Notes under the pieces: model-generated | The model's input: the letters and a program-made list of their open reading frames with translations, nothing else | What the model was told of the DNA's origin: nothing | Databases searched by the model: none | Shown here: positions 37,059-51,500 of the stretch, piece after piece | Layout of the letters: each line of letters begins with the position of its first letter | How positions within the stretch are numbered: position 1 is the first letter of the stretch | Assembly (NCBI GenBank): GCA_965112155.1 | Contig: OZ218110.1 | DNA: 64,000 bases | From: Podarcis liolepis | Taxonomy: Eukaryota | Strand: one strand, 5' to 3' | Made by a program: the position numbers and the translations under genes

Positions 37059-38328
37059 GTTTGGTATCTCGCTTCATTTAAAGATTTTCAGAGACTTTGA
37101 GACTAAAGATTTCATTTTGAACTTTTTATGATTTGAAGTCAATATCAGGAATTACTGTTCAGTGTTGGACATCATATTTGTTGAATACACAAAGCTTCAC
37201 AGCTTGTTCTCTTTGCCACTCAGGGGTTTGTTTGGATACTTCATGCAATGAGAACAGGGCTTGGGAATCCCAGACCTGGGCGCTGAATAATATACTGATA
37301 TTTGGAATTCTTCCCAGTTGAAACCCCTTACTACCCAGCTCCACACCCAGAGATCTTTCCCCTGACTGGAATGTGTCATTGAACTCCAATAATGCCTCTT
37401 ACTTGACTTGTGAGTGTGCGCAGGTACTAGTGTACTATGCAGATTCAAAACTTACATTTGTTGCTGCTCACTCTTTTGCCTCTGGCCTCATGCGTGACCA
37501 GTAAGTGGCCTCTGGAAGGCTGCACCGGAACTTTGTTCTCATTGCCCTTTGTAAAAGGTGTGATTTCCCTGTCCCCCATGTGAACTCTAGGTTCTCCCTC
37601 CCCCGACACTCTGGAGCAGATATTGGGAGAGTATGAGGCCCACACAGGATGAGGAGAGGGGAGGAAATCCATTGTACAAGCAGAAATGCTTGCACTCATG
37701 GGATGAAGCAGTTGGATACAACTCAAAGTGTTGTGGCAGGAGTTTTCTGGAGTTGGGAGCTTTGAATCTCAACAGAGCAACTAGTCAAACGATATGGCCC
37801 ATTTGCATGCAGGCAGACAAAATAAATTTCCCACAAATCCTGGGCTCTGTATAACTTGGATTTATTGTTTGTACTGTTGCATTCAGGAAATAAATGACAA
37901 TGCTGTGGCATTTAAAATGGAAGGGCAGAGCTTACATGCTTGGGTTTGCTATATGTTGTTGGGCTGCCGGATGTGGGGGGGGGGGGGAATAATGAATTAA
38001 CATAGGACAGCTCCAAAGAGGGTGTATCTTCATATCAACTCAAGGTGGCAGATAATTATGCCACTATGTTTGGCAAACCTAAGGAAGAAAGCTTTGGCTC
38101 CCATATCTTGTTTAGTTGGCAGACTTGGGATAGGGTGTTGATATCAACATAGGATGGTTCCTATATTCGATCCATACATTGCAATATATATGTACTGCCT
38201 AATGAGGGAATAAAGGGAGAAACTGCAATCTAAATGGCAATCCAGTTGAACTAATCAGTTGAGGCTGCCTTAAATCCTTTGCATAGATTCAAATTAAGAT
38301 GGAGCAGGGCCATAGAATTTTAGATGCT

Positions 38329-41300
38329 TCAGTGATTTCTTCTTCTTAACTGCTCCTTGTTGTTCAGCTCTGGCTTCACCACAATAATATAACATTTTGG
38401 GGAAAATATAAAACCCAATAACCCAGCACTAGAAGACAAGATGGAGAAGATCTCCACAGCAACCATGTGTTTTCCTTTTGTGCTCAAGTAAGTTGGAACA
38501 AAGGACAGCCAAACACTGCAAAAGACCAACATGCTGAAGGTGATAAACTTGGCTTCATTAAAACTGTCGGGTAACTTCCTAGCTAGGAATGCCACAATGA
38601 AGCTCACAATGGCCAAGAAGCCCAGGAAGCTCAGGACAGAGTAGAACATGGTACTGGAACCTTCATTACACTCTGATACGATTTGGTCAGTCACTGAGAG
38701 CATGTCGAATTCTGGGAATGGGGGTGAGATTGCCAGCCACACAGTACAAAGGGTGGCTTGAATAAGGGAACAGGAAAGGACAATAGAAATGGCCAGTCTT
38801 TTCCCTGCCCATTTTCTCATCCTAGTTTCAGGCTGGGTGGCCATGAAGGCTACAACCACAATTATAGTTTTGGCCAGCACACAAGAAACAGCCACTGCAA
38901 AGATGATAAGAAAAGTGGTTTGCCGAAACAGGCATGCCACCTTCTCAGGCTGGCCAATGAACAGCAAAGCACAAAGGAAGGAGAGCAGGAGGGAGACAAG
39001 GAGAGTGTAAGTAAGATCCCGGTTGTTAGCTTTGACTATGGGAGTATCTTGGTGCTTCACAAAAATCCAAAGCACCAAAGCAGTGAGGAAAGAAAACGAG
39101 AGGGCCAAAGTAGCCAAAGAGATTCCCAAAGGTTCTCCAAAAGTGAGGAAGGTTATGAATTTTGGAATGCATGAATTATGGGCATGGTTTGGATAATGAT
39201 CTTCTGGACATTGAAAGCAGTCATCCATGTCTGGAAAACAAAACATGTGGTTTTAAATATGGTAGCCCTGATGGAACTTTGAAATGATCATATCTTGATA
39301 TTACAAAGAAATGAACGAGAGTTGTCAGGCTGAAATCTAAAAAAACAAATATTCAGTCTTATTGTGCCATTTTGTTAGAAGGTTGTCATATTCTGGATTG
39401 TGTAGAGAAACAAACATCTGATTACCCTAAATTTTTTATATTTTATATGCTCTGTATAGTATGTCCTTACCTGTCTGGTTTGAAATCTTCCCTTCAGGAC
39501 ATGGAAGGCAATGATAGCAGCAAGATGGCCGCCCTTCCTTCTTTGCCTTATGATATCCCAAATTGCAATGGTCATTACAAAGAGAAAGGGGCTGAGCCTG
39601 TCCACAAATGAAAAAGGAGAATGTTTTCTCTTTTGCATGCTTCCATATCTACAATGTACTATATTATGGAAATCCACTAAGCTATCTCAAACGGGACAGC
39701 CAACAGAGGTCAGAACCCAGATAAGTGTTTAAGGCCACTATTTCCTTGTTACACTTAACAATGATAGCAGTCCACATTGGTTGTTCACTTATGTGATTTT
39801 TCCCCTTGGCCAAGTTATATAGTTATCATAGCTAACATCATGAAAGGTATGTCTTCTCAGCATAATTAGTTGCAGTTACTTGGTTATACTTTGCTCACTC
39901 ATCTTTTTGTTATGCCTTTGAGTTCCAATGCATGATTATTTGGAAGTAAGTTACACTGTACACCATAGAACATATTTCATGCATACATAGGAACTCAGAA
40001 TGGTGAGGTCAATACTATACAAGTATGTTGGTGTTTGAACTGTGAACCTCTGTGAAAATGAGTAGTGGAGACACCCCAATATATGAACGGACCTTACCTG
40101 ATTAAACCTGCTGGGCCACACAATGGCTTCCTCAAAAATGGTGAAAACTTCTTTTTGCGGAGTCATGGGGTCAATCTTTCCAATTTTAACTCTACAAAAA
40201 GACTGGTTTGGAAATGTGATCCAGTTTAGAATATCATATCCAGCTGCTAACTCTCCATTTTCATTGAAGGAAACTTTTTCTCCAGCACTATTATTAAATG
40301 AGATGCTCCTCACAAGATGGTTGAGCTAATAGGGGAAGTGGAAGTGGGGAGAAATTAATGAAAACAGTTAGACAATTATTATCTTTCCCACTTGAAGAGA
40401 AGCTCCCCATTTGTAGAAAGTTCTTCTCAGGGAAACATGCCTGTCCCCATCTCTGTCAGCTTCCAGGCACAAAGCTAAACATTCCTTTTTGCTTAGGCTT
40501 TTGGCTGTTAATTTGGATCATTTCTTGGTATGCTTTTGGCCATTTTTGTGGTGCTCATCTTTTGGTTGGGTGAGGAGCATTTATACTTTTTATACCATTG
40601 TTGGATGAGCGCTTCAAGAATTTTGTTTGATTTTGTTTTTCCTTTTCATATCTAGCCTTTATTAATGTTTTATTCTGTTGGTGTTTACTAACTTTGTAAG
40701 TAAATTTGAGACTTTTTTTGTAGAAAGTGATGTATAAATGTGAATGTAAATCATTATCCACAGAGTGAATAACATTTTAAAATCTGCATGCTGCTAAATT
40801 GTTGCTTTCTGCTTTAAAGACTATTATTTTGACTTGGAAAATCAAAAATACAGCCTTAGAAATTGACACCTAAAGAAGAACGAAATCTAAAAGCTATGGG
40901 TTGAGGAAAAAGAGGCCAAAAAAGTTGTGTGAAAGGTAAACAATATTCTACTGCCCTTCAGATTCATCATGTGGCTAAGTGGGGGAGTAGCTAGAGTTTA
41001 CTTATTTTTTCTCCATAATGACTGATACTTAGCGCTAGCTTACATTTTTAATTAACAATGCGTACATATCTGGGGAAAGTCAGTATCAACCATTCAGTTA
41101 TCTCCATTTTATTTTATTTAGTCCCCCCAATTGTTGGTGTATGGTTATTGGACAGATACACATAGCTAGACCATACATGAGTTCTGACCAAGGCATTAGT
41201 GGGGTTTTTTTTAAAAAAAAAATGACTTTGACACAGCACTAGCCGAGGAAAAGCAAAATTCAAACAGCAAAACTGATGAAGTTTTCAAAACTGGGTGGGA

Positions 41301-44300
41301 AGGTTGTTGGGAGGAGAGGGATATATCACAATCAGTGCTTCATCTTACTTAGCTCTGAGTGATCACCAAAAAAAGAGAGAAGATGTGAGGAATGAGAGAA
41401 CATTTTCCCCAGTGGAATATTATTATTATCTGTGTATTACTTATTACATTTCTATACTGTCCATAATGATAGTTGCCTTGCAATTCGAATCAACTGGAAT
41501 CTCCCATTGTCAAGAATAAAGAGTTGACCCCACTTCCTGCAAGCCACAGTCGCACCCCTAAACTGCTGCTATATAGAACTTTCAGTGAGTCACATAATGC
41601 CATGTGATGTATCTAACATATCACATAATGTGGCCCAGAACAACCTTAGTAAAAAGAACATTTTCTACAGATCGCTGATGTTCTTTTTGCTCCCATAGAT
41701 ATGGTGAACTCCAGATTTAAAAGGGTATTAGTCAAGTTCATGGAGAAAAAGGCTATCAATGACTACAAGCCATGACAGCAGACTCAGAGCCTCAGTGCCT
41801 CTGAATATCACCTCCCAAGAGTGGGAGGAGACCATTACTATTGATGTAATCCAGCAAAGCTCATCTCCGGCTCTTTGTGTGTTCAGTATATTACCTTCCA
41901 CAGTTCTTGGCTAAGAAACTTCATTCTTCCATCATGCACCATTCCTCTGTGTTTGAATCTAGATGAATACATAGCATGCAACGCATGTGCCATAGCATAA
42001 ACTGCATTGTAGATACTGTAGCTGTGGCCGGTCATGCTCCTTTCAAAAACTGATGCAGGAAGAGACTCCAGCTTCTCCTCCCCACTGCAGATTTCCCCAT
42101 CTTGGCTGTCTACCTGGGAGTTGGGGAAGTGGCATGCAAATGCATTTTCCCAGAAGTCTCTGATAAAACCATCTTCTTTAGATGAAGTAGGACTTAAAAT
42201 CTGAAGAAATTCCTGGAATCCTACAGCTTCACTGGAGTGAACAGCAAAGGATATAGCACCATGGAGGAAGTCTATATCCCAACCTCTTTGAAAGGGAAGA
42301 GATGTGAAATCCATATGGACTGTCATAATCCAGACCTTGCCTTTTTCTTTTATTGGTACGTCTTGGTGTTCTGAATACTGAAAAAATATGCTCAGCATGA
42401 TCATGGTATCTATTTCACCATGAATGACCAAGGCATTAGCTTTACTTCTCATGAGAATATTGTGTATTTTGATCCCCTCATCGAACATGTCAACAACAGC
42501 AGAGGAAAAAGCCATTGTTGGGAATTTTTCTATTAATTCAAAGCAAATGCCTCTCTGGGCATACTTGGGAAGCATGTTCTGCACAAACCTCTCTCCATTG
42601 TCATCACTCACATACAACACCCCAATCCATGTCCACCTGAAATGCAGCAGTAACTGGAGAATCCCATTATATTGATGGTTCAGCTTTGGGAATATCTGGT
42701 TGTAGAGAACTGACTGGGTTTTCTGATCTATCACTGGAGCAGAGCCATATATGAGCTAAATAAAATGGGGAAAATAAGGGTACAGGAAATGATACTATCA
42801 ATATTTAAGGAAAATGTGAGCAGCGATATTATGTGTAAAGTCTATTTTCTAGATATCAATTCATATTATATTCTGATTTGAATCACTGTATTCAAGTAGT
42901 TGATGAATCATGACAGTGTTCATCAACCTGGTGCCCTCGCCCACATGATTTGGAAAACAACTCCCATCAGGCTGAACCAGAATTATGATGGTGGATGGAA
43001 GTTGTAGTCAAAAACATCTGGAGGGCACTAGACTGAAGAAGGCTGAACTAGGAGATTTCAAAATTTCTGAAGCTCCTGTTAGTGGGTGAACTGCAAAACC
43101 ACAACAGACTGGAGCTACCCTATACACCAGGCTTCCTCAATCTGTTGCCCTCCTGATGTTTTTTTTACTTCAATTTCCCCCAGCCTTTAGCTAGCGGCTT
43201 CATTTACAATAATGGTAATATAGCTGCATCTTGCTTGGAGACTGATGTGAGTTGTAGTATGTTAAGGACCACTAAGGAGCATCCAACTGCACCCTGTGTT
43301 TCCTTCCTACAGTCAACAGGGATTGCTGATAGATGTTAGAAAGGAGTAGAGCCTGCAGGAAGAGAAGACATGTAATTTTCCCTTCCCGGGGGGCTGCCAG
43401 ACAAGTTAGGTTGCAAATAGTCAAAGCCACACAAAGTTTCAGGCTTGGTGAGGTCTCAGGTCCTCTTCTAAAAGAAAGACCAAAGAGAGGGACAGAGGCC
43501 AGGGAGAGACCAGAAATGGAAGAACTGGCTGGAGTCACTGTTGAACAAATAATGAGCAGAAAGCAAAATTCCTAGAAGGACCTTGAGCATCCGGCTTTGC
43601 CCATGGTAAGGTATATTGACTGGCCATGCTTAACAGACCCCAGTCTGGCAAGGTATCCATGGAGATGCCAAAGAAGGAACTAGAGTGCCAAAAGAGGTGC
43701 TCTCCTGGCATGGAAACTGTTTTGAGCCTGATAGAGAAGTAAGAGCTGTTCAGTCTTGACAGTAAGAGCTGTTCGACAGTGGAATTTACTGCCAAGGAGT
43801 GTGGTGGAGTCTCCTTCTTTGGAGGTCTTTAAGCAGAGGCTTGACAACCATATGTCAGGAGTGCTCTGGTAGTGTTTCCTGCTTGGCAGGGGGTTGGACT
43901 CAATGGCCCTTGTGGTCTCTTCCAACTCTATGATTCTATGATTCTAACTTATTCAGGGTTTACCAGGAAATGCTGCAAGGTCTTAAAAGTTAGTTTTTTT
44001 CCTTCTTCATACATTCAACAGCAAGTGCTGAGTTATAGATGCCAGAAAAAGAACGTCTTGGCTTGACCAAGTAGAAGATGAGTGAATTTCAAAGGATGGC
44101 TGTGTTTAATATCACATATTATTTTGGGAAATACAGATTAAGTAGATTTAGCTTTTAACGCAAACTGGAACAAAAATCCCACCCACCCACCCCTATCCAT
44201 AGGAAGGACAGTACTTTATGCTGGCAGATGTGCATTAACTTGTATCACAGGCTGATCAAAGGAGGCTGTATTGATGCTCAGGGTAACTAATGCTGTCTGG

Positions 44301-46309
44301 GGGATGCAGAGTACGCTGTAATCAAATAATGCCCAGTAAAAGCTGTGAGTAACCTGTTTTCATTTTTGTTCAATATTCTGAAGAAGAAAACCCCATTGAT
44401 TTCCTTTGAAATATGATGGTTATTTTTCTTTTTAAGCATTTGACCTTAAGGACATATTAAACCCCTATGTTCCATGCATACACCTTACCTGCGGAATCTT
44501 GTATATGCACAAGGTATCTGCCATGTAGAGACAGACTTTAGAGTTAGGTCCTCCAATGACTGCTACTGGATTGTTCTGAGGATGGCATTTGTAGTTAGGG
44601 ACAAATCTGCCCTGTGTAGAGAAGAGTTCCAATGAGGCCTGATAGGTCCATCTTGGATTGAAATAGCTATTGTAGATATGGAAGCCCAGGGTGGCATTGG
44701 GTAGGATGTGTGGATTTTCATTGATCTCCTTTACAGAAAATACCAAGACCAGGATGTGCTGGTAGATCTGAGTCATGACCCTGAAATGAGAGAAACATGT
44801 TATGTGCATTTGCATCAGACCAAAGTACTTGTACCATTATCCATACTGGCCAACTAATCCTTTACCACTGAGTGGAGAGACCTTCTGGAGTTCAAGGACA
44901 TTGGGAAAGCATGAGATAGAAATGCTGTAGCTTAATTATAGAACATCTGTCCTGTAAGCAGAAGGTTGCAGGTTCAATCTCCAGCCTCACCCAACAAGGC
45001 TCCAAGTTCCTGCTATCTGAAACCCTGGGAAGCCCACTGTCAGACAATGTGCAGACAGTATTTAGCTAGGTGGACTGGCATCCTATGTGCCTAGAGGGCT
45101 TTTCTCAATGGTGTCGCTCTCCCTCCTGAAATTCCCTCAGGCAGTTTCTTTCATTGGTCATGATCGGAAGCAATTTGAAGATGTTTGCATTTGTTCATAC
45201 TTTTGGAAGGAAATAGGTATTGTTAGGTGCTGTAGGGTTTTTATAAGAGGAAGAAAATAGCAGATATTGGGGAGGGGCAGAGAGTTCATTTAATGGGTAT
45301 TGCATACAGTTCCAGAATTAACATAGTTATATGCAAAATTATTTGATAAATCAGAATCCTATGTGAGATCGCATGTTCTCATTCTTTTTGTAGTAGGGGC
45401 TGGCTGATATTGGAAATTCCCTGACTCCCCCCCCCCCATAGTTATAAATTAGAATGCTTTCAACCATAAATTCACCCTGCTATTGTACTATTCCCCTCAA
45501 TCTCTCCAACAATAGCAAAAACAACCATAGGCTCCAGTTATTTAACCCCAAAAGTCCTTAGACAGTGGAGTTTTATGATCACATTTTCCTTTGATTTGAT
45601 TGTATGTTGCTAGCCAGCCTCGTCACCCTTTGAGGAAGAAGGGTAGGATATACATTTTAGGTGCAACTGCTTATAATATGGGAAATCTCACTGTGGAATA
45701 GTGAAATAAGGAGAAGAGGTGCTCTCTCTTTTGCATGTTCATGATTTAAGTATAGCTTCAGAAGCTCATACAGGGGCATGAGATAAGGTTCCTACTTGTG
45801 CTGCCTTCAACACTAAAGCTTGCACCATTCCTTTGGCAACCAACCCACCTTTTAGCCATTCCAACCAAACAGTATATTATTATCCCACACCACATTTTGG
45901 CTGAGAGGGCCCTCTGTAGAAATTTCCCATTTATTTTTTTATCAGGGGAGATATTTTTCAACGTTCACACTGGAACTCCTGAAGAAGAATATATCACATG
46001 CAATAGTAAAATCAGTTAATTTTTTATAAATTTAAGGTCTTACAGAGTTTCTTCAAAGAGGTCAATAGAAGGACGGTTTTTGAAGGTTATCAGTTTGAAA
46101 ATTATAGAGATCTGAGACATAATGCCTGCAATTATAGCGTCTCCTGGCTGGTAATGCTTGTGAAGAATAGGAAGAGGGTCACAGAGTCTGCATTTAATAA
46201 TTGGACTCTTGCTTGACACCTGAGGCAGAAGCACTAATATCAATATCACAAATCCCATGATTTTGCATGAAACAGTTCCTTCTGTACACCAGTTCAGCTT
46301 TCCCCACAT
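38329..46309 (-). CDS. Vomeronasal type-2 receptor gene D, complete, ~891 aa. Exons: 46309-46044, 44780-44489, 42755-41895, 40325-40098, 39597-39471, 39230-38329
   Basis: Six GT-AG exons (266/292/861/228/127/902) with V2R motifs; more diverged paralog. Confidence 0.95.
42914..43045. mobile_element. Degenerate palindromic hAT-like MITE common in squamates (similar remnants at ~4425-4520, 17095-17190, 29730-29830)
   Basis: ACAACTCCCATCA...GGAAGTTGTAGTC...AACATCTGGAGGGCAC inverted structure. Confidence 0.55.
43755..43945 (+). mobile_element. CR1 LINE 3' end
   Basis: GTGGAGTCTCCTTCTTTGGAGGTCTTTAAGCAGAGGCTTGAC body and (ATTCTATG)n tail. Confidence 0.85.
44924..45092 (+). mobile_element. Degenerate tRNA-derived SINE
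   Basis: GTAGCTTAATT...AGAACATCTG...GCAGAAGGTTGCAGGTTCAATC tRNA-like head, followed by a CTGAAACCCTGG body typical of squamate SINEs. Confidence 0.55.
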
Positions 46310-48525
46310 TATCCTTCAATTTGCTTATTTGCACAACCTGACTTGAATGGAGAACCAGTTCTTTGTTTAAAATTATCACTGATTAGACTGGCAGAGTCCT
46401 GACTATTCCTAGCCCCAGTTCTGAATGGTGCAGTGATGATTATAAGCATTTATAGGTCTTGGTTCATATTTTTGCTGCTGCTTGATGCAATTCTGTTAGG
46501 ACTTGAGAGAAAACTGCATTGATTATGACTGAGCTGATATTTTGAGCAGTAGTAACTAATGACCAACCATAGTTAATGTGATAATTAAAGGGACACACAT
46601 CTATTTATAATTACAGTTATTACATGCACAAAACATATTTACCACATCTCAGCAAAACCTATCTCTTCACTTGGTTGCAATAGACACAAAGACTTGTAAT
46701 AACCCACAGCAAGAAAAGCTTCTCAGAAATAAAGACTTAAAACATATGTGGTGAACATCCAGCCTGAAGGCCAAATGTGCTTCATTAAAGGAACAGGTTT
46801 TGACCATTTTCTCCAAATCATGCCCACCCATCCCACACCTGATGCCATATGTGGTGTGGTGTGTACAGTGGCAACTGATGTGGCTTATAATATACAATTG
46901 GGAGCTAAAGCAAACTCCTGATCATTCATTTGTTTGAGATGGACCATGAGAGTGCACCTTTCTCTCAGGCGGGGAGAAGTCGTTTCCATTAAAACTGCTG
47001 TTGAAATAGAAGAAACAAATCTCTATCTGACAGTGGTTTCAATGAAAGCCATTTCACCCCCACCCCCCACCAATTTGGCTCCTTGAAATGCTGAAAAGTA
47101 TAGGTTCAAAGAGCAATGTTAGGCTATTTGAAAGCCCTTTTGAAAAGAGCTCCCTCTCACATTTTAAACCTCATAATTGAAATAAATCTTGACTGCACCA
47201 AACAATAATCCAACCCCACTTTTGAAAGACTGTCTTTTACTGGTTTTAGATTCCCATAATTATGAGAGGGTTCATTCTCAATCTTGTCTTCCTGGAAACA
47301 TCTGATCAGGAATCCAAATATGCCCTCTCTCAGAACAGCAAGAAATTGTGCATGTAACTCATTAGCTAAGTTAGACTGATTCTACTTACTTCATTGGCAA
47401 GTCTCTGTGCTGCATTGTTGCTTTCCCTCCTAGCAAGTAAACACATGTTCTTGTATCCAAAGTTAATCATGCTTAGAACACGCCCATTGAAAATAATAAA
47501 TAGTTAATAACTAATTTAGGTCCATGGGTTTCAATTGTTCTACTAAGCATATTTATTTTTCCAATATTGTGCTGAATCATGCAAGCTGAACATTAATACC
47601 AAACTTCATGCTGCTGTCCAGAGAATATTTAATAAACACAAAAGATGTAACCGGCTGTACGTATGAAAAAATAATGTATACTATTCATTGTATTAAATTG
47701 TAGATTTCAACAGAAGTAATAAAGTTCAACGAAAAAAGTTGAAATGGCTGCTGAACAATGCCAATGGCTTTGTAACTTATAAAGTAGCTCTCTGTTCCTT
47801 GGCAGCAAGGATGCTTAGGGGTAAAGAACATTTTATATGAGGACTATCTTTTATTCTATGTACCAAAGGATTTTAGTAGATTTGGCTGTGATTTTACTAT
47901 TTATTTCATGACTATTGATGTTTCAGAGGATGTCATAGCCTTTGGGTAGTGCAATGAATCAGTTCTTTTTATATAAGCAAACAAAACAAACAAACAAACA
48001 AACAAATGAATTTAAAATATACATTCATTGTTCTGATTGCAAAATTCAACAAAAACAAAAATCTGTAACTGAGAAAATGAACTACTATTAAAAAGGCGGA
48101 AGATATTTCAAAGCTGTGGTTGGTTCAGCTACCCACAATTCCCTGGGAGTGTTCTTCTTGTAATTCCAATTGATCTAGCCCAACAAATTTTCACAAACTT
48201 CATGAAGTACTTCCATAGAGGTGGTAGGAAAAAATAGCAGTATGTCTACAAAAAAATCTGCCATCTTATCATTTAATATTCCGCTTGGTGAGGCCAAGTT
48301 AAAAATTACAACAACAACCCATCACATATTTAAATAAAGTTATTCCTACATTAAAGCCACAGTATTGAGGAATAAATAATACAACAGTAGCAGAGGGAAG
48401 ATTGCCAGGTAAAATCTGAGATGATGATTCTCAAATAAATGCCAATCAAACAAATTACTTATTTCTAGGAGAAGTCTTGTTGTTTTCCCATGGGGGATGT
48501 GGGTCCCAGAATTTCAGGTGCATCA

Positions 48526-51500
48526 TTAACTTGTTCTTTTTAGCTGCTCCCTGCTGTTCAATTCCGGCCTCAGGACAATAATATAACATTTTGGGGAAAA
48601 GATACAACCAAGTAACCCAGCACTAGAGGCCAAGATGGAGAAGATCTCCACAGACACCATGAATTTTCCTTTTGTGCTCAGATAGCTTGGAACAAATGAA
48701 AGCCACACACTGCAAAATACCAGCATGCTGAAGGTGATAAACTTGGCTTCATTAAAGCTGTCAGGTAACTTCCTGGCTAGGAAGGCTACAGAGAAGCTGA
48801 CAATGGCCAGCAAGCCCATAAACCCCAAGATACAGTAGAACATGGTGACTGATCCTTCATTACATTGCAGAACAATTTCTTTATTCATTGAGTGCATGTC
48901 TAAATCTGGGAATGGGGGAGAAGTTGCCAGCCACACGGTACAAAGAGCAGCTTGAATCAAGGAACAGGAAAGAACAATGGAGGTGGCCTGTTGTTTCCCC
49001 ACCCATTTCCTCATGCTGGACCCTGGTTTGGTGACCATGAAAGCAAGGACCACAATGATTGTCTTTGTCAACACACAAGAAACCGCCACTGAAAAGATGA
49101 CGCCAAAAGCTGTTTGTCGAAGGAGACATGTCACTTTCTCAGGTCGACCGATGAATAGAAGAGCACAAAGGAAAGATAACAAGAGGGAGATGAGGAGAGT
49201 GTAGGAGAGGTTGCGGTTGTTGGCTTTGACTATAGGAGTGTCCCGGTGCCTAATGAAAATCCAAAGCACCAAACCTGTGATGAAAGCAAAAGAGAGAGCA
49301 AAACAGGCCAAAGAGATCCCCAGTGGTTCTCCATAAGACAAGAAACTTATATCTTTTGGAATGCATGAATATTTTTCCACGTTTCGGTAATGATCTTGTG
49401 GGCACTGAAAGCATTCATCCATGTCTGAAAAAGAGAAGCCAGATTTCTATACAGCATTTATATGAATTACAAAAATCTAGAAATATAGTTAGAATGAAAG
49501 TTGCCACGCTGATATCAGAAATGCAAGTTTACAGTCTCCTCATGTAATCACGCTACCAAGTTGTGTGGAGATTTTCCATGGGCCACACATATCTTTGGAA
49601 GCCCAGTAGTAAAACCTTACAGGTATTACCAATTAGAAAGGGTCTGGAACATGTCTATTTCCTCTTTATGTTAATTCTGAATGTGTGTTTTAACAATCAT
49701 TTCCTCCATTTTTATTTCTGCATTAATCTGGATATTCCAACTATAATACATATTTAAATGTATGCAGTGCTAGATTTATATTGCTGAGAACTGTGCTGAA
49801 CAACATTTAAGTGAAGGGTCAGATCCAATCAATATAGATGTTCTAATCTGCACCATTATCCAAGAAATGTTCTTTAATTAATTTTCTACCAGAATCTGCA
49901 GATATTTAATTCCTCCAAAGCTCTCAGCATCGCTGCGTCCACCAAGTTTCAATAAATTATTAGGACTGGCATTAGTTATACCATGGTGTTAATTGAATCA
50001 TGGTGTTGACTAGGAGAGCACTAAGATCTGTAACAAAGTTTCGCAGTGTTGGAATCCCACTGTTCAGTATTTTCCATTCCACTTCCTCTCTTAACATATA
50101 TTCTTTTCTGCCCCAACACATCAGTCTCCATTCCATAGTCATTTAACACACCCTGTATTCATTAAGGGGGGTGCTGCTGCAAGCCTAGTGGTTCTTCCAA
50201 GCAGGCTTGAATATCTCCATCATGTATTTGAACTCTGAGTGCTGAGATTCCTATTATTCCTCCAAACCCCCATACAGCAGCCCCAATCATCCTTAAATTT
50301 TGAACATTTCCAATGAACATAACTTTCCTTACCCGTTTGGTTGGAAATCTTTCCTTCCGGACATGGAAGGCAATCATAGCAGCAAAATGGCTCCCCTTCC
50401 TTCTTTGCCTTATGATATCCCAAATGGCAATGGTCATTACAAAGAGAAAGGGGCTGCGCCTGTCCACAAATGAAAGAGGATCATGGTTTATCCTTTGGAA
50501 AATTCCATATCATTAGTGTTCTGTATTATGGAAATCTGCTGAGCTATCTCATACAGATCAGCCAATGAAGGTCAGGAGCCAGAAAGCTATTAAAGACCAG
50601 CATTTCATTATTACAGTTACAGCCCCCTTTGGTTGGTCAGTTCTACGCTACTTCACTTCACCATATTATTATCTAAAGTCTCACTCCAATGGCTAATACT
50701 CACAACTGGAGATGACATTGAAACAGCTAAATAGAATTAGATCTCATGTCATTGCAGACACTATTGACTATTTAAAAATATGAGGAGCATATTGAATTCC
50801 AGTCCTTGCATCTAATCTCATTCTGGAGCCCATGTAGAAATACGTTGGGTTTATTTTAGAATTCCACAATGGCAATATACGTGGAATAATGACAATATCT
50901 CTGGAATATCTGGAGCCACTGCTACCACTGTGAAGAACANNNNNNNNNNNNNNNNNNNNNNNNNNNNNNNNNNNNNNNNNNNNNNNNNNNNNNNNNNNNN
51001 NNNNNNNNNNNNNNNNNNNNNNNNNNNNNNNNNNNNNNNNNNNNNNNNNNNNNNNNNNNNNNNNNNNNNNNNNNNNNNNNNNNNNNNNNNNNNNNNNNNN
51101 NNTCAGACTGGGTTGGCCCAGCCACTCTGGGTGTTAACATTTGCACATATCGTAAAAATTGGAACTCTGTGCAGTAACTTGTTTTTTGAAACACATTGGT
51201 AGTACATTGTGTGCCAAGCCACCCCCCTAAATAAATCACAATTCACACAGAAATTTTTGTTTAAGGTTTTTTTGGCATAATTTTGGCCACAACTTTATTA
51301 AAATGCATGTGATTGGTTGCTTAAGCATTGGTTACGACTATCTGCCCCCACCCCGGGACAGAACTGACTTCCGGATTCCAGCGAAAGCCAGTAAGGGAAA
51401 ACAATATTGGGGAGAGAATGGGGCTGGGCACCATACCGTCAACCCCTTCCCACATGCTCCCAGGGGCTTGCAATGCCCTAGCCCCTTTCCAGGGATACGG

